A model generated the notes under the pieces. That model saw nothing but the letters and a program-made list of their open reading frames with translations, ran no database searches and was not told the DNA's origin. Positions 26,775 to 35,641 of a stretch of 49,419 nucleotides of DNA are shown piece after piece. The position numbers and the translations under genes were made by a program. This stretch comes from Nanobdellota archaeon (GTDB taxonomy: Archaea > Nanobdellota > Nanobdellia > Woesearchaeales > WJIZ01): assembly GCA_030647105.1 (NCBI GenBank), contig JAUSJW010000112.1:1-49419 (forward strand), read 5' to 3'. Positions within the stretch are counted from its first letter, which is position 1. Each line of letters begins with the position of its first letter.

Positions 26775-27696
26775 TGACGCCCATAGGCGCGCCTTTGAAA
26801 ATGCTGGTAATCAGTTCCGCGGTGAACTGCGCGAGGCTCACGACCTTGATTTTAGGGAGCATCTTTTCCTTGGAGATGTGAATAGTGTCAGCGACAATGA
26901 CCTCTTTAATGGCCTTTTCCGATAGGTTCTGTTTTGCAGCCCCTGAAAGCACAGCATGGGTCGCGCACAGGATGATATCCTTCGCCCCGCGCTTCTTGAG
27001 CTCTCGAGCCGCGTTGGCCATGGTGCCGCCGGAATCAATGATATCATCAATAATGATACAATTCCTACCCTTCACATCACCGATGACGTTTACGGTCTCG
27101 ACTTTGCCGTGCGCGGGCCTGCGCTTGTCGATGAGCGCAATGGGCGCGTCGAGGTCTTTCGCCAGCCGGCGCGCGCGCTTGGCCCCGCCGACGTCAGGGG
27201 AGACAATCGTCAAGTCCTTAATCGCAGAAAGGGGCTTCGCGAGAATCGGCATCGCCTCGAGATTGTCCACTGGAATGTCAAAGAATCCCTGAATCTGGTC
27301 AACGTGCAAATCGAACGTAACGACGCGGTCCACGCCTGCCCTTTCAATTAGGCTCGCGACAAGCTTCGCCGTAATGGGTTCCCGCGACCTGGCTTTCCGG
27401 TCCTGTCTCGCGTAGCCGAAATAAGGAATGACTGCCGTAATCTCCTTCGCGGACGCTCTTTTCAGGGCGTCAACCACAATCAGGAGTTCCATTAGCGTGT
27501 CGTTGACCGGTGGCGACGTGGAATGGATGACAAAGACGTGGTGCCCGCGCACCGATTCCAGAATATGCGCGTAGGTCTCGCCGTCGTTGAATCGCTTGGT
27601 CTCGATGGGCGTCAAAGGCACGCCCAGGCATTCGGAGACTTTCTTCGCGAACTCCGGGTTAGAGGAGCCTGAAATGAGCGTGATGTTCTCGGTCAT
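26716..27696 (-). CDS. prs: Ribose-phosphate pyrophosphokinase
   Basis: DLHVDQIQGFF and IIIDDIIDSGGT motifs. TATA at 27721-27729 (minus sense) lies about 29 nt upstream. Confidence 0.9.
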   Translation of the reverse strand: MTENITLISGSSNPEFAKKVSECLGVPLTPIETKRFNDGETYAHILESVRGHHVFVIHSTSPPVNDTLMELLIVVDALKRASAKEITAVIPYFGYARQDRKARSREPITAKLVASLIERAGVDRVVTFDLHVDQIQGFFDIPVDNLEAMPILAKPLSAIKDLTIVSPDVGGAKRARRLAKDLDAPIALIDKRRPAHGKVETVNVIGDVKGRNCIIIDDIIDSGGTMANAARELKKRGAKDIILCATHAVLSGAAKQNLSEKAIKEVIVADTIHISKEKMLPKIKVVSLAQFTAELITSIFKGAPMGVIVRGKHEQVSKREYTEENA

Positions 27697-27800
27697 GCTG
27701 GTGATTCAGAACCCTGCCACCTTTATAAGATTTACTTTGTCGGGAGCGGGAAATCCCCACAGCAACCCTTATAAATGAGCCTCAATACTCAATTATCAAT

Positions 27801-27899
27801 AGCGGGGTAGGGCAGCCAGGAGTGCCCGGAGGGCTCATAACCCTCAGGTCGGTGGAAGCGGTGGATAGCCGCTGCCGAATTCAAATCCACTCCCCGCTA
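27801..27899 (+). tRNA. Initiator-type tRNA-Met (CAT) with about 24 extra nt (candidate non-canonical intron) in the T-arm
   Basis: Acceptor AGCGGGG/CCCCGCT (A1:U72), D arm GGGC/GCCC, anticodon arm GAGGG-CTCATAA-CCCTC with three G:C pairs next to the loop. T stem GGTGG 27851-55 / CCACT 27887-91 and T-loop TTCAAAT 27880-86 are separated by AAGCGGTGGATAGCCGCTGCCGAA. TATA at 27768-27777. Confidence 0.75.
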
Positions 27900-28634
27900 T
27901 TTTTCTTTCCATTTCCTTATTTTGTTGAGGTGCTTAGGGCTTTCAAATCCGATGGTCTCTTGCCATTTTCTTAGGTTGTCCTTTCCGTTCATCTCTATTC
28001 GATTTATGAACGTATATTCTCGGATTCCTCGTGGATTTTTCACAGGATAATCATAGATTTCAACCAATTGGAGTCCTCTTTTCCTAAGTTCTAATGCCAC
28101 TTCTCGTATGAGTTTCTTGCTTTGTGAGGCAAGGCTAATGACAGGATAATAAGGGATTTCTCGATATCGTTTTTTGAACGTAATACACCCATCCGTATCA
28201 AAAAGGCCGCGCAGAAAAGCGTCCATAAACTGAGGGTGCTTGCGAATTCCAGGAGGGATTTGCAAGGCATGATTTTTTCTGCCATGGTGGAGTCCAACTA
28301 TCTCAGTAAGAAATCGGAATAGTGTTTTGGAATGCAAGGCAAATCCGAAGGTTGTTCTGGAATCATGGTGCATGAACGAAGGAGTGAAGCCAAAATTCCG
28401 ATTGAATTTAGGACCGATGACATCAATATAGAGCTCCTGCTCATCTTTAGGGTTTCCGACGCATTTGATGACAAAATCATGCTTTTCTTTTCTAAGGTAA
28501 ATGCTGCCATCACCCACGAGAATACCGCAGAGATACGCAAGGTCTTCGGTAAGCTGCAATGGAAGGCAGAGTCCTCTCTTTTTATCAAGGGAACTAAGCG
28601 GGATGCGCACTTCAAGGAAGCTGTCTTGGTTCAT
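27897..28634 (-). CDS. Free-standing double-motif LAGLIDADG homing-endonuclease-like protein
   Basis: Two LAGLIDADG motifs (LCGILVGDGSI and FLRGLFDTDGCI). ATG 28634 lies 25 nt downstream of a TTTAAA-type TATA (28652-28666). The stop codon overlaps the last 3 nt of the tRNA-Met gene. The gene is visibly AT-rich. Confidence 0.75.
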   Translation of the reverse strand: MNQDSFLEVRIPLSSLDKKRGLCLPLQLTEDLAYLCGILVGDGSIYLRKEKHDFVIKCVGNPKDEQELYIDVIGPKFNRNFGFTPSFMHHDSRTTFGFALHSKTLFRFLTEIVGLHHGRKNHALQIPPGIRKHPQFMDAFLRGLFDTDGCITFKKRYREIPYYPVISLASQSKKLIREVALELRKRGLQLVEIYDYPVKNPRGIREYTFINRIEMNGKDNLRKWQETIGFESPKHLNKIRKWKEK

Positions 28635-28759
28635 ATGTCTCTTCTTTTCTTGGACTTTAAATTTGCGGCGCGCGCAGAAATGTCCAGTGTCTAGTGTGGA
28701 CAACGCTATTTTAGCCGCCCATGACAACACTTTAATACTTCTTCTTTCACGTCACCACT

Positions 28760-29398
28760 ATGAGAATCCTCGGCATAGACGAAGCGGGCAGGGGCCCCGT
28801 CATCGGCCCTCTGGTCATGGCGGGTGTCGTCGGCGATGAGAAGAAGCTCAAGGCCCTCGGCGCCAAGGACTCGAAGATGCTCACGCCCAAGCAACGGGAA
28901 GACTTGTTCGAGCAAATTAAATCGCTCGCTACCGATTACAAGATTGTTATTATCCCTCCAGCGGAAATCGATGCCGCCGTGCTCTCAAAGAATACCAATC
29001 TCAACTGGCTCGAAGCTGACCACGCTGCCGAAATCATCAACGCCCTCAAGCCCGACCGCGCGATAGTCGATTGCCCGAGCAACAACCTCAAAAAATACAC
29101 CGAGTACCTCGTGAAAAAGCTCACGTGCAAGCCGGAGATGGTCGTTGAGCACAAGGCGGACGCGAACTATCCGAGCTGTTCAGCCGCCTCCATCCTCGCG
29201 AAAGTTACGAGAGACCGGGAAATCGAGAAGCTGGAGAAGAAAGTCGGCCCGCTCGGCTCCGGCTACCCCAGCGACCCGACGACACAGGCCTTCCTTAAGC
29301 GTCATTACTTGGATTATCCAGGCATTTTCAGGAAGAGCTGGGAATCCTACAAGCGCCTCGTTGAAGTGAAGAAGCAGAGAAATTTAGGAGAGTTCTAA
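28760..29398 (+). CDS. rnhB: Ribonuclease HII
   Basis: MRILGIDEAGRGPVIGPLV catalytic N-terminus. Confidence 0.9.
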   Translation: MRILGIDEAGRGPVIGPLVMAGVVGDEKKLKALGAKDSKMLTPKQREDLFEQIKSLATDYKIVIIPPAEIDAAVLSKNTNLNWLEADHAAEIINALKPDRAIVDCPSNNLKKYTEYLVKKLTCKPEMVVEHKADANYPSCSAASILAKVTRDREIEKLEKKVGPLGSGYPSDPTTQAFLKRHYLDYPGIFRKSWESYKRLVEVKKQRNLGEF

Positions 29399-29770
29399 CT
29401 ACCTTTTGAGCGAAATTCGTTTACAATGCGCGCACGTCCCCGTCAATTCAATTTGGAAATGGCAGACATCGTCTTCAACGAGCGTATTGAGAAAATCAAC
29501 GTTCGCGATTGAAACGTGCTTGACCTTCCCACATTTCTCACAGTGGAAATGCGCGTGATTGGTCTGATGCAGCGAGTAAATCTTCTTGTTCTCGCAAACG
29601 AACGAATGGATACTCCCCTCTTCCTCCAGCGCGTTCAGGAAGCGGTAGATGGTAGCTAAGCTCAATCCTTTGGATGCGAGCCGAGCATGGAGCTCCGAAG
29701 CGTCAAAGAAAGCAGAGAACGACGCAATCTCATCATGCATCAGCCGCTTCTGTTTCGTCATCCTGCTCAT
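29399..29770 (-). CDS. Fur-family metal-responsive regulator (Zur-like by context)
   Basis: HAHFHCEKCG and C-terminal CAHC metal-site motifs plus a winged helix. Divergent from a ZIP transporter gene. ATG 29770 lies about 25 nt from the TATA. Confidence 0.8.
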   Translation of the reverse strand: MSRMTKQKRLMHDEIASFSAFFDASELHARLASKGLSLATIYRFLNALEEEGSIHSFVCENKKIYSLHQTNHAHFHCEKCGKVKHVSIANVDFLNTLVEDDVCHFQIELTGTCAHCKRISLKR

Positions 29771-29790
29771 AAGACAAGGGACCAGGCGTG

Positions 29791-29835
29791 TTATATAAAC
29801 CTTATTGAGAATGATTTGCAATAAACTTTATATAC
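29791..29835. promoter_or_regulatory. Divergent fur/zupT control region: two TATA boxes flanking the inverted repeat TTATTG-N11-CAATAA
   Basis: TTATATAA at 29791-29798, TTATTG at 29802-07, CAATAA at 29819-24, CTTTATATAC at 29826-35. The AT-rich spacer AGAATGATTTG resembles a Fur-box half-site. Confidence 0.55.
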
Positions 29836-29856
29836 TCAGAGCCGCGGAGAACAACC

Positions 29857-30606
29857 ATGGCGGGTGTATGGCTCTGGGCTCTCGGAAGTGTATTGGTAGT
29901 CAGCCTGCTCTCCTTGATTGGCGTCATCACTCTGCCGTTCAAGGCGAAGAAGCTTGAGGGCTTCCTCACTTTCGCCATCTCCTTTTCCGCGGGCGCTCTC
30001 TTTGGCGACGCGTTCCTCCACCTCTTGCCGGAAGTTGTCCAGAAGTCAGGCTTCGGCGTGCAAATCTCCCTCTATATTATCTGCGGCATCGCGGCGGGCC
30101 TTGTCATGGAGAAAATCATCCACTGGCGCCACTGCCATATGCCTATCACTAAAGGGCATATCCACCGCTTCGCGTGGATGAATCTTTGGGGCGACGCGGT
30201 GCACAATTTTATCGACGGCATCATCATCGCTTCCTCTTACATCATCAGCGCGCCGGTCGGAATCGCTACAACCCTCGCGGTCATTTTTCACGAGATTCCG
30301 CAGGAGATCGCGGACTTTGGCGTCCTCGTCCATGGCGGATTCAGCAAGGCTCGCGCCCTGTTCCTCAATTTTATCACCGCCTTGGCCTCGGTCATTGGCG
30401 CCGTGGTCGCGCTCCTCGCCAGCGCCTCCCTGCCCAACCTCACGCTCTTCCTTGTCCCCTTTTCCGCGGGAACCTTTATCTACATCGCGGGCTCCGACCT
30501 TATCCCGGAGATGCACCACGAGGAGAAGCTCTCAAAGAGCCTCGGCCAGTTCCTCGTCTTCGCGCTCGGCGTCGGCTTCATGGCTCTCCTTAAATTCTTA
30601 GGCTAA
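29857..30606 (+). CDS. zupT: ZIP-family zinc/divalent metal transporter
   Basis: HEIPQEIADFGVLV signature and multiple TM segments. Confidence 0.85.
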   Translation: MAGVWLWALGSVLVVSLLSLIGVITLPFKAKKLEGFLTFAISFSAGALFGDAFLHLLPEVVQKSGFGVQISLYIICGIAAGLVMEKIIHWRHCHMPITKGHIHRFAWMNLWGDAVHNFIDGIIIASSYIISAPVGIATTLAVIFHEIPQEIADFGVLVHGGFSKARALFLNFITALASVIGAVVALLASASLPNLTLFLVPFSAGTFIYIAGSDLIPEMHHEEKLSKSLGQFLVFALGVGFMALLKFLG

Positions 30607-30725
30607 CTCACTTCTATTTGCGTACCTCTCTATTTTTACCGAAACCTTTTTATAACCCTTTAATAAGTCTTAAAGAAATCCTTTAAAACCCGCATTAAAC
30701 CCTTAAAAAAGGGCAAAGAAGAACC

Positions 30726-30890
30726 ATGAAGGAAATCGTTTTCAAAAACAATATTCTGCAGAAGGACGGTCGCGTGAAAATCCCGTCCCCTATTATGGAA
30801 TCGCTCGGCATCAGGGAAGGCCATCAGATAGACATCATCCTCGACACCCAGAAAGACCACATCATTATCCGGAAACATGACAAAAATTAA
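30726..30890 (+). CDS. Small SpoVT/AbrB-domain protein (54 aa), absent from the ORF track
   Basis: My own translation: MKEIVFKNNILQKDGRVKIPSPIMESLGIREGHQIDIILDTQKDHIIIRKHDKN. The G-R-V-x-I-P...LGI..G core is AbrB/MazE-like. The ORF overlaps the smc start by 14 nt. Confidence 0.55.
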   Translation: MKEIVFKNNILQKDGRVKIPSPIMESLGIREGHQIDIILDTQKDHIIIRKHDKN

Positions 30891-33800
30891 CAAGCTCGTC
30901 CTGCACGGCTTCAAGTCGTTCGCGAAGTTCACGGAGATTCAGTTCGGCGACAAGTACAATTGTGTTATCGGGCCCAACGGTTCCGGGAAGAGCAACATCC
31001 TCGACGCGCTCACCTTCGTTCTGGGCAAGGCCGGCGCCAAGAGCATGCGCGCGGAAAAATCCTCCAACCTTATCTACAACGGCGGCAAGTCGAAGAAAGC
31101 CGGAGCGAAAGGCGAGGTCAGCATCTTCTTCGACAACAAGGACAAGACCTTCCCGACAGAGGAGCAGGAAGTGAAGGTCACAAGAATCATCCGCCAGAAC
31201 GGTCAGTCTATCTACAAAATCAACGACGAGGTCCGCACGCGCCAGCAGATTGTCGACCTCCTTCACATCGCGAGAATTGACCCCGACGGCTACAACCTTA
31301 TCCTTCAGGGAGACATCGTCAGGTTCTGCGAGATGTCAACGACAGAGCGCCGCCTCCTCATCGAGGAAATCGCGGGCATCTCGGTCTACGAGGAAAAGAA
31401 GCAGAAAGCCGTAGGCCAGCTCCAGAAGGTCGAGGAGCGCCTCAAGGAAGCGGAAATCATCCTCGCGGAAAGAAAAACCTACCTCAAAGAACTCCAAAAG
31501 GACCGCGACCAGGCCCTAAAATTCAAGGAACTCTCAGAGAACGTCAGAATATACAAAGCCTCTCTTATCAAGCTCCAGATGGACAAGCGCGAGGCGGAAG
31601 CCGGGGACCTGAAAAAGCGCGTCGACGAGCAGCTCGCGTTAGTCAAGGAAGCCGAAGAGCGCATCGCCAAGTTCCGGGAGCAGATTGCCAAGAAGAAGGG
31701 GGAAATCGAAGCCCTCACCAAGGAAGTCGAGGAGAAAGGCGAAACCGACCAGGTGAACCTCAACCGCGAAATCGAGGACATGAAAGTGGAGATGGCGAGA
31801 AGGACGAGCCGCCTCGAGCTCACCGAACAGGAAGTCAAGCGCGTCTCAGGGCGAGAAAAAGAAACCACCGGCACGTTAGAAGAACTCACAAAGAAAGTCG
31901 AGGATATCGGTGCCCAGAAAGCGGAGCTCGAGACGAGAAGAAAAGAGCGCCAGAAGGAGCGCGAGCTCATCGAGAAGAAAATCAAGGCCTTCCGGGAGAA
32001 GAACAACCTGGAGCAGGCCGGCGAGATTGAAAAGAACGTCGAGGAATCCGACAAGAAAATAGACGAGCTCGCGAAGGACATCAACCAGATGCGCGAGACT
32101 CAGCACAATCTCCTGAGGGAAAAGGACGCCGCGGACCGCGAGCTCGGCCTCATCGTGGACGCCATGGCGAAGGTCAGCCTCCTCGAGAAGGAGCACAAGC
32201 AGCAGCTCGATGGCATCAAGCAAAAGCGCGAGTCCTTCAAAGCCTCGGCGCTGGAGCTCAACAAGGTTCTCGACGAGGACTCGAAGCTCTCCGCGAAGAT
32301 TGGCGAATCGCGCCAGCTCCTCACGGAAAGCCAGGAGCAGCTAGCCAAGCTCCAGGCCCGTCAGGCGAGCATCAGGGAATTCTCACAAAGCGACCGCGCC
32401 ATCAAGGAAATTCTCGACAGAAAAACGAAGGGAGTCTATGGCACGGTTTCAGAGCTCGGCACCGTAGAGGCGAAGTACGCTCTCGCCCTGGAAGTCGCCG
32501 CGGGCATCAAAATCAAGAGTATCGTAGTCGATGACGAGAAACTCGCGCAGCAGCAAATCGAGCATCTCCGAAGGACGCAGTCCGGAATCGCGACTTTTGT
32601 CCCGCTCACGACCATTAGGTCCAAACATCTTTCAGATAGCGCGAAGAAGCTCATTACCGCGAAAGGATGCCTCGGCCCCGCGACGAAGTTCGTCAAGTTC
32701 GACCCGCAGTTCAGGCCCGTCTTCGAGTCCGTTTTCGGCGATGTCCTTGTCGTGGAAAGTCTAGATGTGGCGAGGCGCTTCGGCATCGGCGAGGCCAAGA
32801 TGGTCACGCTCGACGGGGATTTCGCCGATGTCTCCGGAACCATGAAAGGCGGCTACCACGCGAAGAAGCGCCAAGGCATGGGTTTCAAGGAGGCTCAGCT
32901 CGACAAGGAGCTCGAGGCCTTCACGGCCAGTGTCGCGGAAGCGGAAGGCGCCCTCTCTGTATTCCAGTCCAGGCGCGAGGAGCTCGAGAAGAAGATGACC
33001 GAGCTGCGCACCCGCAAGGCGGAGCTCGAGGGCGAAATCATCAGGGAAGAGAAGAGCCTCCACCTAGACGCAGGGGATGCCTCCCTCTCAAAATCCAAGG
33101 AGCAGGAAATTCAGGATCGCGCCAAGAACTTGGAGAAGAAAATCAACGAGCTTCAGGACTCCCTTCTGGAGAAGAATCGCGAGCTCGCGAAATACAAGAC
33201 TGAAAAGCAGATGCTCCGCGACCAGATATCTCATCTCAGGAGCCCGATGCTCATCGCGGAGCTCGCGGCCTACGAGGAAAAAGGCCGCCAGCTCGTCCAG
33301 GAAGTCACCCAGCTCGACGCCGAGCTCCGCAACGCCCAGGTGCAAGTCTCAGACCTCTTCGCCCCGGAGATGGAAAAGACCCGCTCCCAGCTCGTCCAGC
33401 TGAAGAAGGAGCAGCAAGGATTCGAGAAGGAGCAGCAGGAGCTTAAGAAAGACATCGACAAGCGCAAGGCCGTTCTCGCCAAGAAGGAGGAGGAAGCCCG
33501 CGCGTTCTACCAGAAGTTCAAGGAGCTCTTCAACCAGCGTTCCATCCTCGCGACAGACATTAACAAGCTGGATCTCGACATCGTCCGGCAGAACGAGAAA
33601 TCGAGGGAAGCCGAAATAAAAAACAACACGCTCTCCATCAAGAACGCTGAAATCCTGGCGGGTCTCGCGGGCCTCAGGGAGGAATTTTCCCAATACGAGG
33701 GCGTGACGCTCGACACCGAGAAGAGCGAAGAGCAGCTCAAGTACCAGCTTGTGCGCTTCGAGAAGATGAAAGAGGAGATTGGCAGCGTCAACATGCGCGC

Positions 33801-34368
33801 CCTGGAGATTTATGAGCAGATCGCGCAGGAGCACGCGAAGCTCGTCGAGAAGAAAGACACGCTCGCGAAAGAGAAAGCGGATGTCGAGGCGCTCATGGCC
33901 GAGATTGAGGGCCGCAAGAAGGAGCTCTTCATGAGGACCTTCGACAGCCTCAACCGGGAGTTCCAGAAGATTTTCTCGACTCTCTCAAAGAAAGGCCAGG
34001 CGGAATTGGAACTGGAAAACAAGGAGGACCCCTTCGCGGAAGGCGTCTGGATAAAAGTGCGCATCGCGGGGCAGAAATTCCTCGATATTCGTTCCCTCTC
34101 CGGTGGCGAGAAGACGATGACTGCCTTGGCCTTCATCTTCGCCATCCAGGAGCACGACCCCGCTTCTTTCTACATCCTCGACGAGGTCGACGCAGCCCTC
34201 GACAAGCACAACGCCGAGAAGCTCGCGAAGCTCATCCACGGCTATTCAGACCGCGCGCAGTACATCCTGATCTCCCATAATGACGGCGTCATCGGCGAGG
34301 CGCACAACCTCTACGGCATCTCGATGGATGAGGACGGCGTCTCGAAAGTTGTGAGCCTGAAGGTCTAA
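30877..34368 (+). CDS. smc: Structural maintenance of chromosomes ATPase
   Basis: Walker A GPNGSGKSN, long coiled coils, hinge, signature LSGGEKTMTALAF and Walker B FYILDEVDAALD. Confidence 0.95.
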   Translation: MTKINKLVLHGFKSFAKFTEIQFGDKYNCVIGPNGSGKSNILDALTFVLGKAGAKSMRAEKSSNLIYNGGKSKKAGAKGEVSIFFDNKDKTFPTEEQEVKVTRIIRQNGQSIYKINDEVRTRQQIVDLLHIARIDPDGYNLILQGDIVRFCEMSTTERRLLIEEIAGISVYEEKKQKAVGQLQKVEERLKEAEIILAERKTYLKELQKDRDQALKFKELSENVRIYKASLIKLQMDKREAEAGDLKKRVDEQLALVKEAEERIAKFREQIAKKKGEIEALTKEVEEKGETDQVNLNREIEDMKVEMARRTSRLELTEQEVKRVSGREKETTGTLEELTKKVEDIGAQKAELETRRKERQKERELIEKKIKAFREKNNLEQAGEIEKNVEESDKKIDELAKDINQMRETQHNLLREKDAADRELGLIVDAMAKVSLLEKEHKQQLDGIKQKRESFKASALELNKVLDEDSKLSAKIGESRQLLTESQEQLAKLQARQASIREFSQSDRAIKEILDRKTKGVYGTVSELGTVEAKYALALEVAAGIKIKSIVVDDEKLAQQQIEHLRRTQSGIATFVPLTTIRSKHLSDSAKKLITAKGCLGPATKFVKFDPQFRPVFESVFGDVLVVESLDVARRFGIGEAKMVTLDGDFADVSGTMKGGYHAKKRQGMGFKEAQLDKELEAFTASVAEAEGALSVFQSRREELEKKMTELRTRKAELEGEIIREEKSLHLDAGDASLSKSKEQEIQDRAKNLEKKINELQDSLLEKNRELAKYKTEKQMLRDQISHLRSPMLIAELAAYEEKGRQLVQEVTQLDAELRNAQVQVSDLFAPEMEKTRSQLVQLKKEQQGFEKEQQELKKDIDKRKAVLAKKEEEARAFYQKFKELFNQRSILATDINKLDLDIVRQNEKSREAEIKNNTLSIKNAEILAGLAGLREEFSQYEGVTLDTEKSEEQLKYQLVRFEKMKEEIGSVNMRALEIYEQIAQEHAKLVEKKDTLAKEKADVEALMAEIEGRKKELFMRTFDSLNREFQKIFSTLSKKGQAELELENKEDPFAEGVWIKVRIAGQKFLDIRSLSGGEKTMTALAFIFAIQEHDPASFYILDEVDAALDKHNAEKLAKLIHGYSDRAQYILISHNDGVIGEAHNLYGISMDEDGVSKVVSLKV

Positions 34369-34369
34369 A

Positions 34370-35641
34370 ATGAATATCGCGATTTTTTCCGACACGTATC
34401 TCCCTAAAATAGACGGCGTTGTCAAGTTCGTCACGACCGCCTCAGACTACTTGGTGGGGAAGGGTCATCGGGTCGCGATTTTCTGCCCGAAATATCCGGG
34501 GCACAAGGACGATATCTCAAACCACCTGCAGGTCTTTCGGTTTTCCTCATTCTCTCTTCCCAGTTATCGCGATGTCAAGGTCACGCTGATTGTTCCCAAG
34601 ACTGTTGAGCGTTTGCTTAGGGCGTTCCACCCGGATGTGGTGCACATCAATACGCCCGGACCCGTGGGGAAGGCGGGCGCGATAGCCGCGCACAAGCTGG
34701 GGATTCCGCTTATTGGAACCTATCACACTCTGGTTTCTGAGCAGATGAGCTACTTGACTCCGCGGCAGTTGTTAGGAATCAACCGGTTGATGGAGTGGAT
34801 GACCGGAACGAATTACAGCGCCGTAGAATTTCTCAAAAATGAAGGGAGCCTTCTCAAAAAATTAGGGTGGTGGATTTCCTGGATGGCGTACCGGCCGTGC
34901 GACCTTGTGCTAGCGCCCTCCCGCGCAATCTGCCGTCTGCTAAAAACTAAGTATCCCTCCGCGAATGTGCTGGCACATTCCAACGGCATTGACCTGAAAG
35001 GGTTCCCCCGGAAACGTCAGTATCCCACCGCCGGCCGCTTCCAGTTCATCTATGTCGGGCGCATCTCCTTTGAGAAGAGCGTAGACGTTGTTATTCAGGC
35101 GCTGGCGCAGGTTATCAAGAAGAAAGGGGTTCATCTCTATTTGGACATCGTGGGAGAAGGTCCAGCACGGCATTCCCTCGAGAGGATGGTGGCGAAGGAG
35201 GGTCTTGAGGCCTATGTCCGTTTCTTCGGGAGAATGAGTACAGAAGAGCTGAGCGCGAGGTACCGTTCGGCGGACGCGTTCATTACCGCTTCGGCGATGG
35301 AAACACAAGGGATTGTTCTCTTGGAGGCCATGGCTTCAGGCTTGCCTATAGTGGGCGTGCGAAAATACGCGATTCCTGACTTGGTCGAGGAGGGCGCGAA
35401 TGGGTTTTTGGCGGAGCCGTATGACTCAAATGCGCTCGCGAAGGCAATTTGGCGGCTTATTGAGAATAGGTCAAAAATAAAACAACTCGGAGACGCTTCG
35501 TATAGAAAAGTAAAAGGACATCGGTTAGAGCTCTGGATGGGCAAGCTTGAGCGCATCTACCGCGCTATGTCTTCTTCTTCTTCTTCTTCTTCTTCTTCTT
35601 CTTCTTCTTCTTCGGGCCGTATTCGCCAAATCGATAAGTGA
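34370..35641 (+). CDS. GT4-family (GT-B fold) glycosyltransferase with a C-terminal 15-Ser tail
   Basis: E-X7-E region ETQGIVLLEAMASGLPIV. Starts 1 nt after the smc stop. Ser401-Ser415 are encoded by the microsatellite. Confidence 0.8.
   Translation: MNIAIFSDTYLPKIDGVVKFVTTASDYLVGKGHRVAIFCPKYPGHKDDISNHLQVFRFSSFSLPSYRDVKVTLIVPKTVERLLRAFHPDVVHINTPGPVGKAGAIAAHKLGIPLIGTYHTLVSEQMSYLTPRQLLGINRLMEWMTGTNYSAVEFLKNEGSLLKKLGWWISWMAYRPCDLVLAPSRAICRLLKTKYPSANVLAHSNGIDLKGFPRKRQYPTAGRFQFIYVGRISFEKSVDVVIQALAQVIKKKGVHLYLDIVGEGPARHSLERMVAKEGLEAYVRFFGRMSTEELSARYRSADAFITASAMETQGIVLLEAMASGLPIVGVRKYAIPDLVEEGANGFLAEPYDSNALAKAIWRLIENRSKIKQLGDASYRKVKGHRLELWMGKLERIYRAMSSSSSSSSSSSSSSSGRIRQIDK

Noticed and set aside
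30660-30932. 90-aa minus-strand ORF
   Set aside because: It is antisense to the AbrB-like small ORF and the smc start. The plus-strand reading gives a recognisable domain.
31479-32084. 201-aa minus-strand ORF inside smc, plus many similar smaller ORFs between 31 and 34 kb
   Set aside because: They are antisense shadows of the repetitive coiled-coil coding region (Ser/Phe/Leu-rich).
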